From positions 107,443 to 171,442 of the forward strand of contig MIBJ01000037.1 of the NCBI GenBank assembly GCA_001829495.1: a stretch of DNA of 64,000 bases, given 5' to 3'. Shown piece after piece: positions 1-7,821 of this stretch. The stretch comes from Spirochaetes bacterium RBG_16_49_21. Its GTDB lineage: Bacteria > Spirochaetota > UBA4802 > UBA5550. The notes below the pieces were generated by a model that ran no database searches, was not told the origin of the DNA, and worked only from the letters and a program-made list of their open reading frames with translations. Within the stretch, counting starts at the first letter, position 1; each line of letters starts with the position of its first letter. Made by a program: the position numbers and the translations under genes.

Positions 1-174
1 GGCCAGCGGAAGCCATTGAGCAAGATATGTTGAAAGCTTTTCCGAGGATATAATAATAAAGGAGGTCCCCCAAAAAAATCCCACGATACCCAATATCCAG
101 CCAACCATGACGGTGATAAAAGCGACGGCGAATGTATAGCTGACGTGCTTGGCCAGGAATTTGACGAATCTCAT
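1..174 (-). CDS. 5' end of a membrane-protein gene of unknown function; continues past the left window edge
   Basis: Not in the ORF track because it is truncated. The reverse strand has ATG at 174-172. My hand translation MRFVKFLAKHVSYTFAVAFITVMVGWILGIVGFFWGTSFIIISSEKLSTYLAQWLPLA stays open to base 1 and contains a hydrophobic TM-like segment. It is co-directional with the FGE-domain gene and about 100 nt downstream of it. Confidence 0.35.
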   Translation of the reverse strand, partial: MRFVKFLAKHVSYTFAVAFITVMVGWILGIVGFFWGTSFIIISSEKLSTYLAQWLPLA

Positions 175-277
175 TGCTTCCTCGAGATAAAATTACTCAG
201 TCCGCCAATCATAGTTTATTAATGTCAAATTATCAACACAAATTCGGCCGGAACAATATTTATTCACGGCTTGCCGG

Positions 278-1483
278 CTATTGCGCTTCCAAATCGACCG
301 AGAGCACATCCTTTACGCACCGGAATCCTGCTAAATTGTCTGCATGCAGGTTGGGCATTCCTCCGATTTCCCTGCTCGTGGTCCGCACCCGGTATCTGGG
401 GCTGTACCACGCTCCTCCCCGCACTACCTTGAATTGCTTGCCATACCTTTTATAAGCCTTTCCCCGTTTTGATCTGTTGCCTTTATAGGGCAGGTACCAG
501 CTCGAAGTCCACTCCCGGGCGTTGCCCGCCATGTTCGCGACCCCGTATGCCGATGCCCCCTCAGGATCAAAAGAGGTTACCGGCATAAGCCCCTGGGTAA
601 AGATTTTGAATCGCAATTTTATCTGCTCGCCGATTTTAGCGCTTCCCCAGAAATCGGCGCAGTTCAATTTACCGGGATCATACGCGTTTCCCCATGGATA
701 TATCTGTGTTCTACCCTCGCCCATGCCCGGAAGCTTCCCCGGGCCCCGGGCCGCTTTCTCCCATTCCTCTTCGGATGGAAGCCTTTTCCCCGCCCATTGC
801 GCATACGCACGGGCCTCATAATAGGTCACCAGGACCGGCAGGTCTCCCTGATCCTCTTTATACGCGCCGCCTTCCCAGGACAGGGGAGGTTTACTATTGG
901 CCTTCTCAATGAAAAATTTATACTCGCTGTTGGACACTTCATATTTATCGATATAATAATCAGCCAGATACGCCACCTGTTCCGGAGACTCGTCCCGGTC
1001 ATAATTGCCGGAGCCGAAAATGAATTTCCCCTCAGGGATAAGCACCATTTCCTTGTTGTCCTTTGCAACGATCTTCGGACGGTAATCCCTTTCCTTTACC
1101 GGAGCGGACTCGGAATACTCTTTTTTACGCTGCTCCGGAGGCTTAAGCAGCCCGATATCCGTACCCGCCCGGATCAGGTGAGCATACATCCTATTCTTGA
1201 GTTTATAGGCGGCGACTGCGCGAAAGCGGTATGTATCTGACCTGACGTATACCACTGAAATAATATCAACCGTGCCGTACACGCCCCCTTCATGGATGAT
1301 GTAATACGTTTTCTCCGCCGGCATTGCTTTAAAAAGCAGGGTAATGGCGCCCCCTTTTCTTACGGATTCAATCCTTCCCCGGATGTCAAATTCGGCCTCC
1401 GCGAAGATATCCAGGGCGACGCAGGCTGCCGCAATTATTGCAAACGCAAACGTGGAATTGCTCTTGTTGTTTGTTTTGTTCAT
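278..1483 (-). CDS. Secreted or membrane-anchored formylglycine-generating-enzyme (SUMF1/FGE-sulfatase) domain protein
   Basis: The C-terminal ~270 aa carry typical FGE-sulfatase blocks (YYIDKYEVSNSEY, RLPSEEEWEKAARG, NAREWTSSWY, VVRGGAWYS). I prefer the internal ATG at 1483 (MNKTNNKSNSTFAFAIIAAACVAL, signal/anchor-like) over the track start at 1531, which would overlap the upstream gene. Confidence 0.85.
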   Translation of the reverse strand: MNKTNNKSNSTFAFAIIAAACVALDIFAEAEFDIRGRIESVRKGGAITLLFKAMPAEKTYYIIHEGGVYGTVDIISVVYVRSDTYRFRAVAAYKLKNRMYAHLIRAGTDIGLLKPPEQRKKEYSESAPVKERDYRPKIVAKDNKEMVLIPEGKFIFGSGNYDRDESPEQVAYLADYYIDKYEVSNSEYKFFIEKANSKPPLSWEGGAYKEDQGDLPVLVTYYEARAYAQWAGKRLPSEEEWEKAARGPGKLPGMGEGRTQIYPWGNAYDPGKLNCADFWGSAKIGEQIKLRFKIFTQGLMPVTSFDPEGASAYGVANMAGNAREWTSSWYLPYKGNRSKRGKAYKRYGKQFKVVRGGAWYSPRYRVRTTSREIGGMPNLHADNLAGFRCVKDVLSVDLEAQ

Positions 1484-1496
1484 ATTAAAAAATCCA

Positions 1497-2153
1497 TTAT
1501 CCGGTGATGATCCTTCTGTCCGGCCATACAAGGCAGGATAACGATTTCCCGAATATCACGCCCGTGTCAATGCCGATTATGTTTCTCTCATCGTCGATAT
1601 ACACGGGGCTGTCGCCGCTGATGTATACGGTGGGTGTATGGCCGAATATGATCGTCTTGTCCCACCGCTTGTCCGCTCTGAAAAATTTTTCCCTGATCCA
1701 GATAAGGTCATGGTCATCCTGGGCGGACAGGACGTCCACGGCAGGATTGAGCCCGGCATGAACCGCAATGAAATCCTCCCCCTCATAATAGAGGCGGAGG
1801 CTGTTGAAAAACTCCTGATGATGTTTGGGTAATGCAAACGCGCCCTGATGGGAGATGTAGCTCCTGATCGTTGCATCCCCGCCGTTGTAAATGTAGAGGC
1901 CGTTTTGATCCTCGCCGCGAAGATAGCTCATAAGCATATCCTCATGGTTTCCCTTGAGAAAAACAGTCGCGGGGCCCGGGGTGCGGGAGGTGGAAACCAG
2001 GAAATCGATGACCTCATACGAATGGGCTCCACGGTCGATATAATCGCCTAAAAATATGATGGTATCATTCTCTTTGACATGCGTTTTAAGATTATTAAAC
2101 AGATTAACCAGTCTCTTGAAATATCCGTGTATATCACCGATTATGTAATACAT
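1497..2153 (-). CDS. PPP-family metallophosphoesterase (PrpA/ApaH-like Ser/Thr phosphatase)
   Basis: Canonical PPP motifs are present: GDIHG, GDYIDRG, GNHE, HAG, GHTP. ATG at 2153. It overlaps the upstream lipoprotein gene by 20 nt. Confidence 0.85.
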   Translation of the reverse strand: MYYIIGDIHGYFKRLVNLFNNLKTHVKENDTIIFLGDYIDRGAHSYEVIDFLVSTSRTPGPATVFLKGNHEDMLMSYLRGEDQNGLYIYNGGDATIRSYISHQGAFALPKHHQEFFNSLRLYYEGEDFIAVHAGLNPAVDVLSAQDDHDLIWIREKFFRADKRWDKTIIFGHTPTVYISGDSPVYIDDERNIIGIDTGVIFGKSLSCLVWPDRRIITG

Positions 2154-3039
2154 ATGCCCTGATGTTTATCTCATTCCACAGAATAAGAATGCACGTCTCC
2201 CCATCCTTCATATTTTCGGCATCCAGCACCCCGAAGATCCAGTGTTTATGATATGATACGTACAGGTATTCCTTTTCATTTATGATTCGTATCGCCGATT
2301 GAAGATTCCCTATTTTCGATAATATAAAAGAGCCGGCGCCGGATTTCAATATATTTTGGAATTCAATCTCTGCGTCATAGGTTGACGATAATTTTTTGAA
2401 AAACAGATTATACTTCTTTCCCTGAATGGCTCTCCGCATGACATGGATATTTTTCACTCCGGGCATGCCGGGTATCCCCTTTTTATAATATACAATATCC
2501 CGGGTCGAACGGCCTTCGGAGAACAAAAACATTTCCTCCGGAAGCGAGTCTTCGCCCGTGCGGCCCTTCAGATTCTGCAGGACAACCGCGCGGAACTGAT
2601 CCAGTATTGAAGCACTCTCGCCGCCGAGGTTTTCGCCGGTTATCTTTACGTAATACCTGCCGCGCCGGAAATAAAAACCCTTGACGGTTGCATAATCGTC
2701 ATCGCCCGAATACCGGTTGGAATCGTTCCATCCGCGCTCAAGGCTGTATAAGCCGAATGAGTCCAGGGAAGAGCCGAATTTCAACAGCTCCACGCGCACG
2801 GTTTTACCGCTGTCGGACAAAGAGCGATACTCGGCGGTTGCCAGAACATCCGGGTCATACAGGGAATAAACTCTATCGGTCTTCTCGATTTCTTTATTGC
2901 CGTGTACGCTTGTCTGATTCGAAGACAACCAGCCCGGCATATCCGTGTCCCGGGGCAGAAGGTCGACAAGAGCCGCCCGCCGGGGGAGAATGCCGCATGA
3001 CAGCGACAACAGCAGGGCTAACAGAAACCGCACGCTCAT
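2134..3039 (-). CDS. Putative lipoprotein of unknown function
   Basis: The N-terminus MSVRFLLALLLSLSCG looks like a lipoprotein signal with a lipobox Cys. I recognise no family motif. Its ATG overlaps the permease stop (ATGA at 3036-3039), indicating translational coupling to the ABC permease genes. Confidence 0.6.
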   Translation of the reverse strand: MSVRFLLALLLSLSCGILPRRAALVDLLPRDTDMPGWLSSNQTSVHGNKEIEKTDRVYSLYDPDVLATAEYRSLSDSGKTVRVELLKFGSSLDSFGLYSLERGWNDSNRYSGDDDYATVKGFYFRRGRYYVKITGENLGGESASILDQFRAVVLQNLKGRTGEDSLPEEMFLFSEGRSTRDIVYYKKGIPGMPGVKNIHVMRRAIQGKKYNLFFKKLSSTYDAEIEFQNILKSGAGSFILSKIGNLQSAIRIINEKEYLYVSYHKHWIFGVLDAENMKDGETCILILWNEINIRAYVLHNR

Positions 3040-4037
3040 TTTCCGCTTAACGACTTCGGATTCATGGCATCCTGAAGGGCGTCACCCACAAGGTTGTATG
3101 CGGTAATAGTAATAAAAATGGCGAATCCGGGAATAAAAGTGAGCCACCAGGCGAAATCCATAAAATCCCTCGACTGTGACAGGATGTCGCCCCAGCTGGG
3201 AGTGGGGGGCTGTACGCCGAAACCGAGGAAGCTTAAAGAGGACTCTATAAGGATCGTCGATGCGATGCCGAAGGTGGCCGACACCAGAACCGGCGCCAGG
3301 GCATTGGGGAGTATGTGGCGGAATATGATCCACCGGTCCGCAGCTCCAACCGCCTGCGAGGCGACGACGAAATCCATTTCGCGAAGTTTCAGGAATTCGC
3401 CCCGCACGATTCGCGCTATGCCGGGCCAGCTCGTTATGCCGATCACCAGCATCACGCTCGCCAGGCTCGGGCCCCACAGCGCCAGAATCGTCAGTATAAG
3501 AAAGAATGTCGGGAAACACATGATGACCTCAATGATGCGCGATATGACCATATCGATCCAGCCGCCGTAATATCCGGCTATCGAGCCGATGATGATTCCG
3601 ATCGCGACATAGATGATCACCGCGATGAAGCCGATGAATATGGAAACGCGGCTCCCGTAGATCATCCGCGCCAGAAGATCCCTCCCCTGCTCGTCCGTAC
3701 CCATAAGGTGCTTTCGTGACGGCGGCACGACAATGGAATCGAGATCGTACTCGGAGTAGGAATAGGCGACAGGCGGAAACAGCTTAAAGCCCGTGAATTT
3801 CTCTTTGCTCAGGTCCGTGCCCTTAAGCTCTGCATATTCCTTACCGTTGGTTATTATATCGTAAAACAAGGGGAGGTATACCTTCCCTTCGGTGATATAG
3901 ATATACGGCTTGTTGTTCGCGATAAGAGGCGCACACAGGGCCAGCAGAATAAGGGAGATCACGATCACCAGGCCGGCCAGGGCAAGCCTGTTCTTGCTGA
4001 ATTCGCGCCATAAGACCCCCCAGTATCCAGCCTTCAT
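3036..4037 (-). CDS. ABC transporter permease, peptide/nickel family (DppC/OppC-like)
   Basis: Multi-TM protein with BPD_transp_1-type blocks and an OppC-like N-terminus. ATGA overlap with the upstream permease at 4034-4037. Confidence 0.9.
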   Translation of the reverse strand: MKAGYWGVLWREFSKNRLALAGLVIVISLILLALCAPLIANNKPYIYITEGKVYLPLFYDIITNGKEYAELKGTDLSKEKFTGFKLFPPVAYSYSEYDLDSIVVPPSRKHLMGTDEQGRDLLARMIYGSRVSIFIGFIAVIIYVAIGIIIGSIAGYYGGWIDMVISRIIEVIMCFPTFFLILTILALWGPSLASVMLVIGITSWPGIARIVRGEFLKLREMDFVVASQAVGAADRWIIFRHILPNALAPVLVSATFGIASTILIESSLSFLGFGVQPPTPSWGDILSQSRDFMDFAWWLTFIPGFAIFITITAYNLVGDALQDAMNPKSLSGK

Positions 4038-5035
4038 ATCTTCGCCTCCAGTCTGATCCGCGGATCAACGAGAGAGTATAAGAGATCGGCTGCCAGGATG
4101 CCCGCGAGCGTCAGTATAGCCGCTATAGTCGTAATGGCCATGATGACCGGGATGTCGCGGGACAGGATCGCCTCATACGCGAGCAGACCCATCCCCGGTA
4201 TGGAAAAGATGGACTCCACAATAACGGTACCCCCCAGGAGGCCGGGGAGGAGAGTCGCCATTAAGGTTACCAGGGGAATGAGGGAGTTCCTGAAGGCGTG
4301 GATGAAGATTACCCTTTTGTTGGAAAGGCCCTTTGCGCGGGCGGTCATGATGTACTGCTGGCTGATCACCTCGAGCATGTTTGCCCTGGTGTAGCGCGCC
4401 AGGAACGCGAATTCGCCGTAGGTGAGGGTTATCACCGGCAAAACCAGGTGCCAGCAGAAATCGATGAGCCGGGGGATAAATCCCGCGCCGGCAGCCCAGT
4501 CGGAGCGTATGCCGCCGAGAGGAAAGAGATTCAGATATTCGCCGCTGGCCATGTACAGCAGCAGTATGAGTCCGATCCAGAAATGAGGGAGGGAATAGAG
4601 CAGAAAAAGAATAAGGCTCGACACGCGGTCAAACGCCTTGTCCTTTTTAACCGCGGACACGATCCCCATGGGGATCGAGATTATATAAATGATGATCATG
4701 GAAATGACGTTCAGGATAAGGGTGATCGGCAACGCTTCGCCGATGCGCGTGAGCACCGGTCTTCCGTCCTTGCGCGATATACCGAAATCAAGCCTGACGA
4801 ATTTGGCGAGCCACTCCGCATATCCCACGATAACCGGCTTATCCAGCCCGTAGAGCTTTTTCTCCTGCTCGAGTATCTCCTGGGATATGGATCCGGCTTT
4901 GAGCGCTCCCTCCATTCCCAGCTTGAGCGTGGTGTAATCGCCGGGAGCGATCCGGATTATCGTATAGGATAACAGGGTTATCAAAAAAAGGGTGAGGAAG
5001 ATGAGCAGGGTTCTTTTGACGATATACTTTTTCAT
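4034..5035 (-). CDS. ABC transporter permease, peptide/nickel family (DppB/OppB-like)
   Basis: The start MKKYIVKRTLLIFLTLFLITLL and the later blocks are typical of DppB/OppB. I chose the ATG at 5035, which forms an ATGA overlap with the binding-protein stop, rather than the track start at 5056. Confidence 0.9.
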   Translation of the reverse strand: MKKYIVKRTLLIFLTLFLITLLSYTIIRIAPGDYTTLKLGMEGALKAGSISQEILEQEKKLYGLDKPVIVGYAEWLAKFVRLDFGISRKDGRPVLTRIGEALPITLILNVISMIIIYIISIPMGIVSAVKKDKAFDRVSSLILFLLYSLPHFWIGLILLLYMASGEYLNLFPLGGIRSDWAAGAGFIPRLIDFCWHLVLPVITLTYGEFAFLARYTRANMLEVISQQYIMTARAKGLSNKRVIFIHAFRNSLIPLVTLMATLLPGLLGGTVIVESIFSIPGMGLLAYEAILSRDIPVIMAITTIAAILTLAGILAADLLYSLVDPRIRLEAKI

Positions 5036-6630
5036 TGGACTTTCCGCACCTTCCATTCGAGAAAGTTCAAACCCCGCGTATGAACCAAAACATTCTCGAA
5101 ACGCCTGCTTACCGCAACCAGGGCAGGCGTGGTGAAAAGGAATGTATACGGCTGCTCATGGTGGAGGATCTCCTGGAACCGGTGATACATTTTTATTCTT
5201 ATCTTTTCATCAAACTCCAGCCTGGTTTTTTCGATGATACGGTCCGCTTCCTTGTTGCTGAAACCGATATAATTTGATCCTCCCTTGATCTGGGAAGAAT
5301 GCCATATCTGATAGGGGTCGTCCTGAAAATCGGGGTCGGACCATCCCAGCGCCGTTGCATCGAAATTCCTGCTCTGAATCTTCTGCAAAAAAACAGCCCA
5401 CTCAAATCTGTTTATATCCATTTGAATGCCGACCTTGGATAGGTCTTCTTTCATTATGCTCCCCAGCCGCTCGGCGAACCTGCTCCCGGAGGAGATGGTA
5501 AAGGTGAAGGAAAATTTTTTTCCGTCCTTGTCAAGGATGCCGTCGCCGTCATGATCGACCCAGCCCGCCTGTTTCAGGAGCCTTACCGCCCGTGCCGGGT
5601 CATACGGCCATGGCTTGATATCCCTGTCGTAGCTTTTGCCGAATATGTAGAAAGGACCGGAAACTATCTCGCCAAGACCGAAGAGGAGCTTGTCCCGGAT
5701 ATCCCTTCTGTTTATGAGGAGGGTCATGGCAAGGCGCACCCGGCGATCCTTGAAAAAGATCCGGTCTTCGTTCCAACCGACGTAGCTGAAGGTGGACAGG
5801 TAATATTTAAGCTTGTAAAAATGCTCATTAAACCTTTCCGAGCCTGTCTGCCGCGCCCATTCAATCTCGCGCAGACCCATGACGTCAATATCTCCTTTCT
5901 TGAGCATCTGAAAGGCGGCGCTGGGATCAAATATGATCTTATACACCACCCTCCTGATCATCGCCTTTTTTCCGCGATAGCCTTCGTTGCGGACAAGGGT
6001 GATATTCCTTCCCGTGTCCCATCGTTCAAACGTATAGGGTCCGGTGCCGACGGGGAAGCGGCCGTTCTTATGGGTATTGAAATCAGTGCCGTTGTCGAAA
6101 ATATGCCTGGGCACGATCGGCATGCCGCCGCAAAAAATGAGAGCCAGGTAGTACGGCCGTGAATAGAGAAATTCGATCGTGTATTTATTTATCTTCCGGC
6201 AGCTTTTTATATCGATGTAGTAGACCTTAAGCTGGGCGCTCGCTACCTTCGGATCCATGATCTTTTTGTAGGAATAGACAACATCATCGGCCGTCAGCTC
6301 TATTCCATCGCTCCAGTAAACGCCCTTTTTTAAAAAAAAGCGGAATTTCATTTTATCCGGCGAGATTTCCCATCGCTCCGCCAGCATCGGTATTACCTCA
6401 AGGGTATCGTAATCCCGATCCACCAGTGTTTCGTAAATTCGCAGGTTTATGGCATGGGAAGAGGCATCCGTGGCGGTGATGGGATTCAGGGTATCCGGTT
6501 CTGCCCCAAGATATAACTTGATGGTATGAGGATCCTTTTCAGGGAAGAGTCCGGCGCATCCGACCAACAGTAACAATATTCCGGATATAGTAATCAAGAA
6601 CCGGACATGAACTTTTAATTCAGTCATCAT
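5032..6630 (-). CDS. ABC transporter substrate-binding lipoprotein, family 5 (OppA/DppA-like)
   Basis: SBP_bac_5-like sequence throughout. I chose the start at 6630 (MMTELKVHVRFLITISGILLLLVGCAG, lipoprotein signal) instead of the track start at 6714. Confidence 0.9.
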   Translation of the reverse strand: MMTELKVHVRFLITISGILLLLVGCAGLFPEKDPHTIKLYLGAEPDTLNPITATDASSHAINLRIYETLVDRDYDTLEVIPMLAERWEISPDKMKFRFFLKKGVYWSDGIELTADDVVYSYKKIMDPKVASAQLKVYYIDIKSCRKINKYTIEFLYSRPYYLALIFCGGMPIVPRHIFDNGTDFNTHKNGRFPVGTGPYTFERWDTGRNITLVRNEGYRGKKAMIRRVVYKIIFDPSAAFQMLKKGDIDVMGLREIEWARQTGSERFNEHFYKLKYYLSTFSYVGWNEDRIFFKDRRVRLAMTLLINRRDIRDKLLFGLGEIVSGPFYIFGKSYDRDIKPWPYDPARAVRLLKQAGWVDHDGDGILDKDGKKFSFTFTISSGSRFAERLGSIMKEDLSKVGIQMDINRFEWAVFLQKIQSRNFDATALGWSDPDFQDDPYQIWHSSQIKGGSNYIGFSNKEADRIIEKTRLEFDEKIRIKMYHRFQEILHHEQPYTFLFTTPALVAVSRRFENVLVHTRGLNFLEWKVRKVQ

Positions 6631-6745
6631 ATAATATCGGCCGTAGATTGCGGGCTTATTGCTATCCAGCAATTGCTCGGAAAGCATAATACATATGTGC
6701 AGATTGACTGTCAAGAAATATAGAGTTACGGCGTGGAGTAAGTCT

Positions 6746-7447
6746 CTAAGACGCTGCTCTGCGTCTGCTCTTTTTTTGCTCGCTCAATACAACCAGGGCA
6801 TCAGCCACGACCGGCTTGCTTCCCCGTATGATCAGCGGATTGATGTCGATCTCCGCTATCTCGCTGTGCTTATATCCAATATCGCCGATGCTTACCAGGG
6901 CATTGATAAGATCATTCCGGTCAACGGCAGGGCTTCCGCGGAATTCATCAAGGAGCTTTTTCATGCGGATCTCGCCGAGCATCTCCTCAGCATCCACCTC
7001 GGTTATGGGAGCCACGCGAAAGCTCACGTCCTTGATCACCTCGGTGAAGATCCCGCCGATTCCGAACATAACGCAGGGGCCGAACTGGGGGTCCCTGCTC
7101 AAGCCGATGACGAATTCGCGCTCTCCCCGTATCATTTCCTGAACGAGGACACCGTCGAGCTCAAACCCCTTGCCGATGATCTCATCATACGCATTCCGGA
7201 CCTCTTTTGCGCCCGTCAGGTTGAGTTTTACCAGGCCCATCTCGGTCTTATGGGCGGCCTTGTCCGAGCAGCCCTTGAGAACGACGGGATATCCGATCTC
7301 GTTCGCATAGGCGACCGCCGCTTTCCGGGAACGGGCCAGCTTCTCCCTGGTGATCGGAATGCCGACTGATTGGATCACCTGCTTTGAATCGTATTCAGAA
7401 AGCGTTTTCTGGCCGCGCCTGATGGCCTTCTTGATGATTTTTTCCAC
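6746..7447 (-). CDS. Stand-alone ATP-grasp domain protein resembling the beta subunit/ATP-grasp_5 domain of ADP-forming acetyl-CoA synthetase
   Basis: The stretch TLSEYDSKQVIQSVGIPITREKLARS...ANEIGYPVVLKGCSDKAAHKTEMGLVKLNL matches the ATP-grasp_5 pattern I recall for acetate--CoA ligase (ADP-forming). GTG start at 7447 with AAGGAG 8 nt upstream. Confidence 0.7.
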   Translation of the reverse strand: MEKIIKKAIRRGQKTLSEYDSKQVIQSVGIPITREKLARSRKAAVAYANEIGYPVVLKGCSDKAAHKTEMGLVKLNLTGAKEVRNAYDEIIGKGFELDGVLVQEMIRGEREFVIGLSRDPQFGPCVMFGIGGIFTEVIKDVSFRVAPITEVDAEEMLGEIRMKKLLDEFRGSPAVDRNDLINALVSIGDIGYKHSEIAEIDINPLIIRGSKPVVADALVVLSEQKKSRRRAAS

Positions 7448-7588
7448 GACGGATACTCCTTCTTCCGCTGATAATGTCCAAATATTAAAAAATATCCTTA
7501 TCTGGCAAGAAGTTTTACATTTTTTTATCCTAAAATGCTCAAACCCTCAGGTTAAATTCTATCCCCATATCACCGGTCAATTCTCTCG

Positions 7589-7727
7589 GCCCCCTAAATC
7601 CCCGGAGGGGGACTTGGAAAGTATGTATTATTATAAGGAAATACATTGAAATAATATGTCATTGTTCTTAGAAAGCAATGTTAGCCGGCAGAAATTTTTA
7701 AGTCCCCCTCCGGGGGATTTAGGGGGC
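7589..7727. repeat. Palindromic intergenic element: near-perfect 27/28-nt inverted repeats around an ~84-nt AT-rich core
   Basis: The left arm GCCCCCTAAATCCCCGGAGGGGGACTT (7589-7615) is the reverse complement of the right arm AAGTCCCCCTCCGGGGGATTTAGGGGGC (7700-7727), apart from one extra C. Each arm also contains its own small C-run/G-run hairpin. Confidence 0.9.
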
Positions 7728-7821
7728 TGAAAGGCTCAATTGAAAGATGTGGGTAATGGATAGCTGAGGGGGTTGGGGGGTCTAAAAAGCAGATACATGC
7801 GCAGAAATTAAGAGGATGGCC

